64,000 nucleotides of DNA, from positions 192,001 through 256,000 of the forward strand of contig CAXXFK010000015.1 of assembly GCA_963663965.2 (NCBI GenBank), given 5' to 3'. Below the pieces are notes generated by a model. That model did not search any database and was not told the DNA's origin. It saw nothing but the letters and a program-made list of their open reading frames with translations. This document shows positions 31,329 to 41,532 of the stretch, in pieces. This DNA comes from Sedimentisphaerales bacterium. GTDB lineage: Bacteria > Planctomycetota > Phycisphaerae > Sedimentisphaerales > SM23-30. Each line of letters opens with the position of its first letter. Position 1 is the first letter of the stretch. The position numbers were made by a program, and so were the translations under genes.

Positions 31329-32134
31329 TAAATTCCCAGTAAGCTAAAATCGCCTGACTCATAAACGGTTTCAACAAAAACGGCTACCGGGGTCTGAACG
31401 ATACAACCTGCGGTTGCGTCATTGGTCGGCTCATAGCGAACCCATAAATAGTCCCAAGCCTTTTTGTCGATATTAGTGATTGATCCGATGGTCAGAGCGT
31501 TGCCATTGGCCGCTGTCCGGTTTTTTCCAGCCCGGAAGTAAAAGACTACTTCCCACTTAGCCAGATCGGATCGGTAGTTTGCCTCGGCTCCCTCGAACAA
31601 CACTTCTCCCGGATCGAAGTCACGGAACACATCAGCATTGACTGTACCAGTCAGGTCTCGAAGGGTTAATGCTTCGATTGACGTATCGAAATAATGAGTC
31701 TCACTGAACACAAACGCCGGGACCACAGCGTCAACACCCTCAACACCGTTGGGAGTCACGCCAATCGCCCCGCCATAGTCGGGTGCGGTCCAGCCGCTCA
31801 GGGCATAAGAGGCTGTGCTAAGGCTCTGAGTGATTCGTTCAGTTTTTCCGGTTGTGGAGAAAGAGGTTGTGTAGTTGTCTGTGTCCGGGGCATCAGCAGA
31901 ATAGACGCATGTGCCTAGCCAGATTTTGTCTTCTGTGATGACAGAGACAGAATAGGTCTTTCTGATCATCCAGCTATATGTCAGGGGTGATTCAGAAGCC
32001 AGTGCGCTCAGGGCTTCGCTTTCTGTTATGTCAGCCCCGGCATCGTCCATAATAATAAATTTCAGAGTCGCCGTGGCCCCTTGACCACGGGAGATTGTGG
32101 GAGAACCCAGTTTTTCAGTGCAATTTATACTCAT
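31328..32134 (-). CDS. Distal tail/baseplate-hub-like protein
   Basis: Immediately after tape measure; GEVLFEGA, KKAWDYLWVRY. Confidence 0.6.
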   Translation of the reverse strand: MSINCTEKLGSPTISRGQGATATLKFIIMDDAGADITESEALSALASESPLTYSWMIRKTYSVSVITEDKIWLGTCVYSADAPDTDNYTTSFSTTGKTERITQSLSTASYALSGWTAPDYGGAIGVTPNGVEGVDAVVPAFVFSETHYFDTSIEALTLRDLTGTVNADVFRDFDPGEVLFEGAEANYRSDLAKWEVVFYFRAGKNRTAANGNALTIGSITNIDKKAWDYLWVRYEPTNDATAGCIVQTPVAVFVETVYESGDFSLLGI

Positions 32135-34452
32135 TGAAAAGTAGCTCCGTTTAAGCGAATTTCGTCCACGAGGACACTCATGTTACTGTCGATTGACGAC
32201 AACGAATTAGCCATCCTGTCTTCAACCCGGTTTGATGAACCCAGTTGAGTAGCGGCCCGGTCTGAAAAAGTCCCGGCCACTTTCGCTTCCACACCAGCAG
32301 GCGTAGCCCCGGCCAATTGGCTCAGGGTTCCCGGAAGGTTTGCAAGCGGATTGCCATCTTTCTTTTTGTCATCCGCAGTGTCGCTCGAAGCACTTTCAAT
32401 GGCGTTAATTGCCTCACGCCAAGAAGCCACAGCGTTCTTGTAATCCTGTTCAGTTTTGGAGAGTTTCTCTGACTGGTCAGACTGCATAGAAGCGTATTTC
32501 TCTGCAAATCCCTGTTCCAGTCCCGTTCTTAGTTCATCGTAATTCTGAGCAATTCCAGCACGTTCAGACTCACGCTGGGAATTAATCTCTTGATTTTTTC
32601 TGTCCATTTCCCGATTCAGTTGGTCCACCGCCGCCTTGCGGTCCTGATCGATGTAGCTCATAGCGGCATCGTAACTGAAATCCTTATCGATTTTTGACTT
32701 AGCCCATGCCCATGCCTTAACCAAGCCTGAAGACCACTCAACCACAGATTGTGCGTGCCAGTTCTGGAAGGTCAGCCAAACCTTCTGAAAGAATGCCACA
32801 GTCCCCGACCATGCCTGTTCAATGCCTTCCATGGATTTGATCGCTGTCAGTTCGATTGACAGCCAACTCATAGCGAGCCAGTTCTGAGCAGAGAACCAAA
32901 TGTTCTGAATGAAGTTAATTCCTTTTTGCCATGCGATTTTTATGGCCGCCCATAGCACATCGACAGCAGCAGTCAGATTGCCCTGAGCCAGTGCTTTCCC
33001 CATGGCCGATATGGAAGCCTGTATGCCCGATGTCAACTTAGGGAACCGGGTCAATAGGTAATTGATCGCCTGACCTGAAATCTTGGAGAAATCAACAAAT
33101 CGGGCGGCCAGAGCAATAACTATTACAGACAATAATCCAATGGGAGAGATCAGAGCCAGGAACGCCGCCTTTGACAACGCCAGACTTGTTCCCAGAATTT
33201 TCAGGATTGAAACAAGTCCACCGAGCCCGACAGCAATCACTTTGGTTGCCAGCCCCAGAGTTAGAAGAGCTCCGCCGATCAGACCAATTCCGACAACGAT
33301 CACGCCCATGGTGACTATCAGGGCCCGGTTATTGTCAACCCATTCTTTGATTCTACCTAAGAGTGTTGTCAAGAGGTCTGTGACTGTTGATATTGGCTTA
33401 GCCAGTGCTGTTCCTATGGCAATGGCCACGCCTTCAGCCGCAGACATGATCCGTCTGAATGATCCACCAATGCCAGAGTCCATTTCTTTCGCTGTTCGTT
33501 CAGCCGTACCAGCCGACTTGTCAATTGCCTGAGACAGATTCTCAAAAACAGTCGAAGTAAGCTTGGCACCGCCCGTTACGGCTCGCAGTCCAAAGAGTTT
33601 ATTGAAGAGGTCCAGCTTTTCGGCTTGAGGCAGTTTTTGGGTCGCCGTCCCAAGGTCTCTCATAATATCTGCCAGATTGCGGAAGCGTCCTGATGCGTCA
33701 GTTACAGCAACGCCCTGCCCTTCAATCTCTTTTCGGATCGAAGGAGAGGCCATTCTTAGCATGATGTTTTTCAGGGTGTTACCGGCCATACTTCCCCGGA
33801 TTGCAAAGTTAGCTAGAGCCCCCAGAGACTTTGCTGTGTCTTCGAGAGTCATTCCAAACTCGGCGGCTACCGGGGCTGAATACTTCATAGCCTCGCCCAG
33901 ATCAGTTAAGGTCTGGGCAGAGTTGTTGGCAGTGGCAGTCAGCACATCGGCCACACGGCCCATCTGGTCAGCCTCGAGATTAAACGAACGCAAAGTAGAG
34001 GCGGCGATATTGGTCGCCTCTGCCAGCTCGGTCGTTGTTGCCCTAGACAGGTCCATAACCCCGGCAATAGAGTTCAGAATCTCTTTAGCTGTGAAGCCAG
34101 CACGCCCAAGCTCAACCATGCCAGAGGCCGCTTGCTTGGCTGTAAAGCTGGTTGTCGCCCCCAGAGTTTTAGCCTTTTCAACCAAGGCTTCAAACTCTTT
34201 TCCGGTCGATCCAGTGACCGCCTTAACTATTCTCATTTGGTCGTCGAAGTCAGCAAAGAGCTTGGTGGAGATCGCCATTGGGGTCGCTAGAATGGCGGAG
34301 GTTTTAAGCAGGGATTGTCCCATGGCTGTCACAGATCGGGAGAAGTTGGACAAGTCCCGCTGTGCCAGTTTGAGCCCGGCGACAAGCTTACTGCGATCAG
34401 CGTTAAGCTCGACGTAGGCCCGGCCTGCTTTTATGCCTTTGCCGAAAGCCAT
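32131..34452 (-). CDS. Tail tape measure protein (TP901-like core)
   Basis: LGATTSFTA, LGEAMKYSAPVA, GSMAGNTLK; long Ala-rich helical protein. Confidence 0.9.
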   Translation of the reverse strand: MAFGKGIKAGRAYVELNADRSKLVAGLKLAQRDLSNFSRSVTAMGQSLLKTSAILATPMAISTKLFADFDDQMRIVKAVTGSTGKEFEALVEKAKTLGATTSFTAKQAASGMVELGRAGFTAKEILNSIAGVMDLSRATTTELAEATNIAASTLRSFNLEADQMGRVADVLTATANNSAQTLTDLGEAMKYSAPVAAEFGMTLEDTAKSLGALANFAIRGSMAGNTLKNIMLRMASPSIRKEIEGQGVAVTDASGRFRNLADIMRDLGTATQKLPQAEKLDLFNKLFGLRAVTGGAKLTSTVFENLSQAIDKSAGTAERTAKEMDSGIGGSFRRIMSAAEGVAIAIGTALAKPISTVTDLLTTLLGRIKEWVDNNRALIVTMGVIVVGIGLIGGALLTLGLATKVIAVGLGGLVSILKILGTSLALSKAAFLALISPIGLLSVIVIALAARFVDFSKISGQAINYLLTRFPKLTSGIQASISAMGKALAQGNLTAAVDVLWAAIKIAWQKGINFIQNIWFSAQNWLAMSWLSIELTAIKSMEGIEQAWSGTVAFFQKVWLTFQNWHAQSVVEWSSGLVKAWAWAKSKIDKDFSYDAAMSYIDQDRKAAVDQLNREMDRKNQEINSQRESERAGIAQNYDELRTGLEQGFAEKYASMQSDQSEKLSKTEQDYKNAVASWREAINAIESASSDTADDKKKDGNPLANLPGTLSQLAGATPAGVEAKVAGTFSDRAATQLGSSNRVEDRMANSLSSIDSNMSVLVDEIRLNGATFQ

Positions 34453-34833
34453 TTACTCGGTCAGTCCTTCAATAATGGTTTTAATGTCCATAGCGGCCAG
34501 TGTTAAGAGTGGATCAGAGTCGGAGGCTTGAAGCTCTAAGATGACCTGATCCAAAACAATCAGGGCGTTTTGTCTCAGGTCGTCAGTGAGTTGGCCATCA
34601 GCAATGGCTTTGAAGCGTTCACCCAGAGAGATCCACCGGGCAAGTTTTTCAGACAATTCACAGGCTCTATCATTGCCCTGAGCACATTGCTCCTGCAACT
34701 GTTCTTGGTGGAGGTAAGCGTGGTTTAAAGCAATTCCAGTGGCAGTCTTGATTTTATTTTGGGGCGTTGTGTTAAAACATCCGGGAAGAAAAGCAAGGAC
34801 CATCAGAATTAGTACAAATCTTAAGGGTTTCAT
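34453..34833 (-). CDS. Lipoprotein
   Basis: MKPLRFVLILMVLAFLPGC lipobox. Confidence 0.65.
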   Translation of the reverse strand: MKPLRFVLILMVLAFLPGCFNTTPQNKIKTATGIALNHAYLHQEQLQEQCAQGNDRACELSEKLARWISLGERFKAIADGQLTDDLRQNALIVLDQVILELQASDSDPLLTLAAMDIKTIIEGLTE

Positions 34834-34852
34834 GGGTGTACTCCGTTTGGGG

Positions 34853-35437
34853 TTATCCGGGTCGTTTTATTGCGCCAATAAATTCGATCCGGGAGTCATC
34901 GATAAAATTGCTTGGGAATATATGCTTGGTCTTGTCGAGGTTGACATGGCAGTCCACAGACTCCAAACCGGCAAGCCCATACTCTGAGCAGATATACAGA
35001 TCGTTGTCTTCATGCTCTATTGGGGACCAGCCCACCTTGTCTCGGAGAAGGGATCGTGCAATATTGAAGATTTCCCGCTTGTCATACTTCGAGCCCTTAA
35101 GCTCTGTTATGAAGCGGACAAACTCTCTTTGCCTGTGATCCGGGAAGTCTTTGTGCCGAAGAATAATAATGCCTGACGGGTCACTGAGCCGCTTGGATAG
35201 CCAGATGTCGTGAACGCCGGTTCCTTCCAGACTTTCAGCGTTATAGACTATATCATTGCAGTCGTCCCGGTAGATAAGGGCCACATGGGTCCAGATTGAT
35301 CCGGTAAAGATATGAATACCTTTACTGAATTTCTCCTGACCGGCATACAGAGCAATATCGCCCGTTTTGACCATTTTCCTGAGTTCGGGATAATGGATTG
35401 GGGGCACGTCTGGAAACTTTTCGTGGCTTAAAATCAT
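34853..35437 (-). CDS. Permuted papain-like amidase (YaeF/YiiX, C92-like)
   Basis: KTGDI, WTHVAL (His) before YD..ICSE (Cys): permuted order. Confidence 0.75.
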   Translation of the reverse strand: MILSHEKFPDVPPIHYPELRKMVKTGDIALYAGQEKFSKGIHIFTGSIWTHVALIYRDDCNDIVYNAESLEGTGVHDIWLSKRLSDPSGIIILRHKDFPDHRQREFVRFITELKGSKYDKREIFNIARSLLRDKVGWSPIEHEDNDLYICSEYGLAGLESVDCHVNLDKTKHIFPSNFIDDSRIEFIGAIKRPG

Positions 35438-36137
35438 GGCTTAAAATACTTCTTAATTTGTTTGATCGTGTCTTTGTTCAATGGAATGCCATTGCCTTTG
35501 GATTTACTCCGTGCAACAAACGGATTGAAGTCGTAAGGCTTCTTGGGCTGAACATTTTTTCCTCGATTAATATTAAAGAGCATCGCTAACAGGGCAGAAG
35601 TATGAGACCAGTCTGAGCGTTGCTTGGCTTCTGCCATATCTAACAATTCTCTCAGGGTAAAAGGGTCGGGGTTGACCCCAACAATTCCTGCATACTCCGT
35701 GATAGTTCGCCAGACAGCTTGTTCATCACTGGGGCCGTGTCCAGAGTCTCGATTTTCTGGGACACCAGCGTCACCGCTTGCCGTACCACCTCCGCTGTCT
35801 TCGAGATAACGTTGGCTTTGTCGGTTCTGCCGGTTGAGAGGAAAAAATTTACAAACTCATCCGTAAAGGCTGTGTGAGCGTCGAGGACCGCATCACCACT
35901 GAGCAACTCGCCAAAGTCTTCATCCGTGATGTTTCGGCCCTGTGCCTGTGGAAAGCACAGGGCATAAATAACATCGCAGATCAGGATTATGTCAGTCGCC
36001 AGCCGCTCGGCCAGTGTCGGCTCACCTTTTTCAAGGTCGAGCAAATTAACGTCAAGCATGGCCTTCACCCGCTTGATTGCACCAACGGTGATACTTAACT
36101 CCCACTGGTTTCCTTTAGCATCTTTAAAATACTTCAT
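35434..36137 (-). CDS. Tail assembly chaperone gpG (35652-36137) and frameshifted gpGT extension to 35434
   Basis: Between tail tube and tape measure; slippery AAATTTTTTC at 35841-35850 with open -1 frame. Confidence 0.75.
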
Positions 36138-36177
36138 GTTTTAAAATCCTGTTGTTAGGGGTTAGTTTGGGTCAGAA

Positions 36178-36624
36178 TTAAGAACCGCCTTCATACCATG
36201 CGCCAAAGCGAGTCAGAACAAGAGACACGCTGACTTTCTGAGCGTCTTCCAGTGATTCAGATTTGGTGAAGGTCTTGACCGAGAAGTCGCCGACAATACC
36301 TTCAGAAGTTGAAGAGGAAGAAACTTCAGACAGGAAGGCCATGGCGAGCGTAGTGTCATTTAGCCAAGCGTTTCTGACAGCCGCAAAGCCAGCGTCTTCA
36401 GTGTCCCAGATCATCTCGAAATCAACCGTTGCCTCACGAACCGTTGTCACCTTGGCTCGCCAACCGCTATTACCACGAGTAGTAATGTCGGCCTCAGCCT
36501 TGTCAAAGTTACAGGTAACATCTGTGATGTTGTCGAGCAGAGTCATTCCAGAGGCATCTGTCGGGGCAGATGTACTCGAAGCGGCATAGTAGGCAGCCGC
36601 ATTCATGCCAAGTTTGTTAGCCAT
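36178..36624 (-). CDS. Major tail tube protein
   Basis: EADITTR..GW..VDFEMIWD; position. Confidence 0.75.
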   Translation of the reverse strand: MANKLGMNAAAYYAASSTSAPTDASGMTLLDNITDVTCNFDKAEADITTRGNSGWRAKVTTVREATVDFEMIWDTEDAGFAAVRNAWLNDTTLAMAFLSEVSSSSTSEGIVGDFSVKTFTKSESLEDAQKVSVSLVLTRFGAWYEGGS

Positions 36625-36636
36625 AATTAGGACTCC

Positions 36637-37056
36637 TTATGTGATAGAGTTATGCCACAATGGTGGCATTTGGTGTAATTCAATCTCGAACGCCGGTTCC
36701 ATGTAAGGACGTGGTTCGATATACAATCGTTTGTGTGGTATGTTGGCAATCCCGCCATGTTCCAGAACCTCCGGGGCGTTACTCCGGTTGTTGAGTTTCG
36801 CCGGGCCAATGACAACAGACTGAGTGTGAGCGTCATAGGCGAAAAAGATAAAATTTCTCAAAAGCCCGGTATGGCTATAGGGCGGCTTACCCGGTGCAGA
36901 CACGCCGTCTTTTGTCCTGATGCTTTGCTTGGCCCGAGTCCTGACAAACGCACCAAAGCGGGACAGCACCCGGCGAGTCGCCCGGCCAGTTGCCCGGATG
37001 ACCGCAGAGCGGTCAAAGAACATGGATTGCATTTGTTTCAAATTAAATTCAATCAT
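36637..37056 (-). CDS. Tail completion protein (HK97 gp10-like)
   Basis: SAPGKPP..TGLLR, LEHGG, PRPYMEPA. Confidence 0.7.
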   Translation of the reverse strand: MIEFNLKQMQSMFFDRSAVIRATGRATRRVLSRFGAFVRTRAKQSIRTKDGVSAPGKPPYSHTGLLRNFIFFAYDAHTQSVVIGPAKLNNRSNAPEVLEHGGIANIPHKRLYIEPRPYMEPAFEIELHQMPPLWHNSIT

Positions 37057-37484
37057 CGATAGGCCAGAAAATTAGCGGTTATTACAGACAAAAAGACTCG
37101 TTTCTCCCTGAGAAGTTCAGCGGAGTAGAGGGTTTCAAAGCGGGTCGTCTCGCAAATAACGTCAGTGCTATCCACTACCAGAGCCAGAGCTCTCAAGTGG
37201 TCGTTGATTTCTTCAGACAGAGTAAGCAAGATGGCTATGTCTGAGTCTTGAGATATTTTCTGAGCCACACCGATGTTTATGGTGTGCTGGCTCATAAAAG
37301 TGTTCTTGCGGTTCGCTCTGGTGTTCTCGGTCAGGGCAGGCACAACGCTTACTTTCAAGTTGATCAGGTCTTTTACTTCTGACACCGGCAAAAACTCTTT
37401 GACAGCAGTAAACTCCTGCGAGAATTCAGTGCTGTTCAGGGCAGTTACCACAGCGTCAACTATTTGTTCAATGAATGAGGCCAT
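37053..37484 (-). CDS. Tail terminator-like protein
   Basis: Size and position in neck cluster. Confidence 0.5.
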   Translation of the reverse strand: MASFIEQIVDAVVTALNSTEFSQEFTAVKEFLPVSEVKDLINLKVSVVPALTENTRANRKNTFMSQHTINIGVAQKISQDSDIAILLTLSEEINDHLRALALVVDSTDVICETTRFETLYSAELLREKRVFLSVITANFLAYR

Positions 37485-37864
37485 TATTCAGTTGATCCAG
37501 TGTGAATAGTATGGACACGGATTTGATAGCCATAGGGATCGGCGTAACGCCAGTGGGAGTCACTCGGGCCCTTGGCTACTTCGTAGGTTTCCGTTTTTCC
37601 GTTTCTGGTTAGCTCTATTTCATCTCCAAGCTCAGGGATGGTCTGTGATTCATCTAAGATCAGATCAGCCGTTGATAAGACAAAATCGGGCTGTTCATAC
37701 TCGATTATGAAGCCAGATTCATCCGTTGCCTGTCGTCTGGCAAAAATTGGGGTTGCCGACAGAGTCACACTGTCTGTTCCCCGTCGATAAGTAACGCTCA
37801 CAGATAAGGACTGCGAATGTACTTTCTCGATTAATTCTGAGCCTTGTTGAAATAGATTGGTCAT
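37484..37864 (-). CDS. Head-tail joining protein
   Basis: VTYRRG..P..GDEI..WRY..RVHT; position. Confidence 0.6.
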   Translation of the reverse strand: MTNLFQQGSELIEKVHSQSLSVSVTYRRGTDSVTLSATPIFARRQATDESGFIIEYEQPDFVLSTADLILDESQTIPELGDEIELTRNGKTETYEVAKGPSDSHWRYADPYGYQIRVHTIHTGSTE

Positions 37865-37873
37865 GGTTAGTGG

Positions 37874-40015
37874 CTAAAGTGAATTAACAATGGTTCCATT
37901 TAAAGCTTGGTATTCAATCACAATGTCGTCGCCATCGGACAATGGTGTCGTTGCTGATGTGTCATCCGATTTAAGAGAGAAATCGATATACCCGGACTGA
38001 ATGGAGTTGGAAAGTGCTGAACCCATAAATGGGATTGTGCCCACTTTATATTCTTTAGTCGCAGAGCCAACCAGAGAGAGCATGTCGCCATTTTTTCTAA
38101 CAGCCAACATTGAATCCTCGTCCAGACTCCAAGGCACTCGATTTAAGGCAAATTTGTCTCCATAAGAAATCATTACAGAATCGCTAGTGGTTATGTTGGT
38201 GTCTATCCCAGTTGCCTTGGAAAAATAAACTCGATATAACTCACGAAAAGCAATATCAGTTTCGACAGTAACGGAACCGCCTGCTGGGGCTGTCATGGTT
38301 TCAATTTCGTAAACCATGTATTCACCATCTACATCATAACCATAGATAATCGCCTTAAGTGTTACATCGCCCTCGGACGAACTGGCATCGGTCAATGTGA
38401 TTTTCAGTGTTCGGGGATAGTCCAACTGTTCCGTTACGGTTGTATAGCGGGTTATATTGGCCGTTCCTGCGTTCAAGTAGCCGCATTCACTTTCATTGAA
38501 CTGCCATGCAGAAGTAAGCATGTCGCCCACAGCCACGTTATCAAACGTCTCTGTTACAACATCGAACCATCGGCAAGAACGTCCAGCCCATTTGTCAGTA
38601 CGATTGTCTAATACAGGGGGATCGCCCGGCTTAATCAAATATCGATTATTAGTTATAATGACATGGTATGGAGGATACTGGCTTGACGGTGCATTAAACT
38701 CGATACACGCAGAGGCGTTATATTGATTGCCCCATGACTGAGGAGCTTGTGCTATCGTGCAATTGTTAATGCCTAGAATATTAGGAGCGCTCAAGCCGCC
38801 TTTGAGATTGCCGACATAGATACAGGGATAGCCGCCTTCGGTCAAATTGCTACAATCCCAAAAATAATCTCTGTCCACTGTGATGTTTTTGCAGTTGCCT
38901 TCAATTCGCATACCTCCGGTTGCGTTACGCTGATTCAGGTTGTTGGTAAACCATACATTCTGGATAGAATTATGGCCTTGTAATACCACAGACGGACCAG
39001 AAGGGAAATAACCGTTGGTCGAGTCTGTTCGATCTTGCATCAACGTGCCCTGTTCCATTGTTACATGATTAATTAGGTACAGATAAGATCCCGGCGTATA
39101 ATTGGGAGCGCACAAATAAAATCCTGCGTCTCGGTTATGCTCAATTGGACATCGCCGAAAATACAAGGTCCATGCGTGACGGATAAATATACCGCAACCC
39201 TGAGCTGCTTCGATAAAACAATGTTCCATGCCAGCATCTTGCCATGAGGCCCCAAGGATACAGGGGATAGATAATTTAATCTGTCCATCGCTAGTGCTAT
39301 CAGCGGCCACGCCATTTAGTAGGACAAATTCAGTATTGGGTGAGTTGTAAGTCACCGTCTTAATTACCGCCATGCCATCATTGCTGGTTGAGCCGTATAT
39401 GCGAACTGCGTCCAATGGTTTAAAAATTGAGGTTAAATCTTCATTCGCAACCACAACGGTACTTGTTGAGGCGGTGGTTGAGGCAATGTCGTAAACATAC
39501 TCCTCTTGATACCCTTGGTTGCCGTGAATATTTACATGCTCAAAGTTGATGTTAGCGGTTTTAAGTGAGCCGGTAGAGGTCGGATTGTCCATGCGAGGGT
39601 CATAACCAATAATAAACATTGGTTTGTCTAGGTGATAACCCGCCTCGAAGCGTGTACCAAAAATACAGCCAGAACCGATCAGATCAATGCAATGCTGTTT
39701 CGTCGCTGTACTGAACCTGAGAGAATCTTCTAGTATAAAAGTCCCTTCAGAAAAGTAGATTGCGCCTCCATACATTGTCGGCTCTTCAGAAACTAGGTCT
39801 CGATATATGCCCGGCATAGAGTCAATCACGGCTTGGATTTTTGCCGCATCGGTCGTGCCATCACAAATTATATCTGCGTTTTGCTTGCTCTTGGCTGAAG
39901 CATCAGAAGCGGCAATGCGATAAGACACTTTACTCGATCCACCGCCCCACCATTGCGAAAAACATGGAACAGTCAAGCACAGCATTACAACTAAAGCGAT
40001 AGTAAATTTTTTCAT
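37874..40015 (-). CDS. Right-handed beta-helix (pectin-lyase-fold) protein with N-terminal signal peptide
   Basis: MKK + hydrophobic core + CFS; ADIICDGTTDAAKIQAVID..GGAIYFSEGTF cap motif. Confidence 0.65.
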   Translation of the reverse strand: MKKFTIALVVMLCLTVPCFSQWWGGGSSKVSYRIAASDASAKSKQNADIICDGTTDAAKIQAVIDSMPGIYRDLVSEEPTMYGGAIYFSEGTFILEDSLRFSTATKQHCIDLIGSGCIFGTRFEAGYHLDKPMFIIGYDPRMDNPTSTGSLKTANINFEHVNIHGNQGYQEEYVYDIASTTASTSTVVVANEDLTSIFKPLDAVRIYGSTSNDGMAVIKTVTYNSPNTEFVLLNGVAADSTSDGQIKLSIPCILGASWQDAGMEHCFIEAAQGCGIFIRHAWTLYFRRCPIEHNRDAGFYLCAPNYTPGSYLYLINHVTMEQGTLMQDRTDSTNGYFPSGPSVVLQGHNSIQNVWFTNNLNQRNATGGMRIEGNCKNITVDRDYFWDCSNLTEGGYPCIYVGNLKGGLSAPNILGINNCTIAQAPQSWGNQYNASACIEFNAPSSQYPPYHVIITNNRYLIKPGDPPVLDNRTDKWAGRSCRWFDVVTETFDNVAVGDMLTSAWQFNESECGYLNAGTANITRYTTVTEQLDYPRTLKITLTDASSSEGDVTLKAIIYGYDVDGEYMVYEIETMTAPAGGSVTVETDIAFRELYRVYFSKATGIDTNITTSDSVMISYGDKFALNRVPWSLDEDSMLAVRKNGDMLSLVGSATKEYKVGTIPFMGSALSNSIQSGYIDFSLKSDDTSATTPLSDGDDIVIEYQALNGTIVNSL

Positions 40016-40050
40016 GGATTGTCCTTTAAAATTTCGTATGTCGTCAAAAA

Positions 40051-40377
40051 TTATGCGTACCCATACCGAACGGTTAATGAGGTATCATGGGTTTCAGATG
40101 AACACTGAATAGCTATCGAATAGCCAGATTTACCGGGGATCAGATAATCTGGGGCATATATTTCGGCTGGCGTGCCTCCCGGTATGTGGTATTTGCGAAT
40201 AAGAGTCCCATTGGACCAGAACGTAATTATTTGTGGCGTGTCCGAAGATATGCTCAAACCCAGTATCAGCGGAATGGAGTCCGCAACAGCCGAAACAATA
40301 GTCACCTGCTCATCGCTGTTGGATAAATCGAATGTGGTTTCCGGTGCAACAACAATATATTCATTAGCTTTAGGCAT
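40051..40377 (-). CDS. Hypothetical protein
   Basis: Fits gene order and strand. Confidence 0.5.
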   Translation of the reverse strand: MPKANEYIVVAPETTFDLSNSDEQVTIVSAVADSIPLILGLSISSDTPQIITFWSNGTLIRKYHIPGGTPAEIYAPDYLIPGKSGYSIAIQCSSETHDTSLTVRYGYA

Positions 40378-40401
40378 GGTTTGTCTTTCTTGAAAAGTGG
40401 T

Positions 40402-40629
40402 TTATTTCAAAGCGATTGTGACAGCGATTCCCAACGCTGTAGTAAGCAGAGTTATAATCATGCATACTGCCCATCCGGGTCGGCCCATTAATTTTTCCGA
40501 GATATTTTTAAGCTCAGAAAAAATTTGTCTTATGGTCACATCAGTTTCGTCTTGATGTTTTTCCAGTGCGTCGATTCGACTTTCATGGGCGGCGTGCATG
40601 GTACATTTTTCGTGTTCTTTTTCTGCCAT
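40402..40629 (-). CDS. Coiled-coil + C-terminal TM protein (XhlA/holin-like)
   Basis: ESRIDALEK coiled coil then one TM helix. Confidence 0.5.
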   Translation of the reverse strand: MAEKEHEKCTMHAAHESRIDALEKHQDETDVTIRQIFSELKNISEKLMGRPGWAVCMIITLLTTALGIAVTIALK

Positions 40630-40721
40630 GGCGTAGAAGGGACTCCAAGGTGATTAAGACAGACAAGGGGGAGGCTCCCTTGTCTGTCAGCAAAACAGGA
40701 AGAAAAAAGATGGTTTTATTG

Positions 40722-41453
40722 TCAGGACTGGGTTGCCCAAGTGCCGACCATGGCTATGATCTGATAGCCAGCAGTACCACCATTCACGACATGGACCCAG
40801 TCGCCTTGAGCCGCAGTCGCTTTGGTATTCTGAAGGTCTTTGTCTTCATTGCCCGCAATATCCATGCCGAATATTCGGTCATTGGCATTGGGGCTCAGAG
40901 AAACCAGTGCGTCGCCATCCGTGGCCATGTTCTGAATGATAATGTCCTGCGGTGTGGCAATCGCCATGAGAGTCAGTGCGCCAGCATCGCCGGTCAACTG
41001 GAAGACCTTGCCGTTGTCTTCAGCGTCCAAAGTTTTTTGCCGTGGTCCCGGTGTATGTTTCATACACACGCTCGGGGAAGTATGGATACTTTGGATTGAA
41101 GACATTAAGATTAACAATTACTTCAGTGTCATCCTCTTCAGCCGTATAGACCGCCGAACCGGGAACCATGTCAGCGTCTTCCAGAAGCACAGTAGCGGCC
41201 CCGAGCCTGCAACTCCGTCCGCTGGATCAGCGTCAGCATCATAACCAACAGGCAGGCCAGCCTTGATTTGCTGTCCGTCCAGCTTGGGAATGCTGATAAA
41301 GCCCTGAGTCTGAAGAGAGTCTGTCTTGGTGTCGGCAATGTCCACAGGGGCAAGGCCAACCTGTCCATTGGCGAGCAGGATCAGTTGACCGCCAGTAATG
41401 TCAGCGGTTGCAACGTGGTCGGTCACTTCGCCTTTCTTATGAAATTCTGCCAT
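40722..41453 (-). CDS. Capsid cement/decoration protein (DUF2190-like, extended), split by two apparent homopolymer indels
   Basis: Directly after capsid; a third frame (GAATVLLED..VNLN..TGTTA) bridges ORFs 41118-41453 and 40722-41117. Confidence 0.6.
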
Positions 41454-41532
41454 GATAAAATACTCCGTATAGGTTTATGGTTGTGATTGGTTGAGGCTGG
41501 CCCCATGAGCGAGGCCAGCCGTTTCAGGTTAA

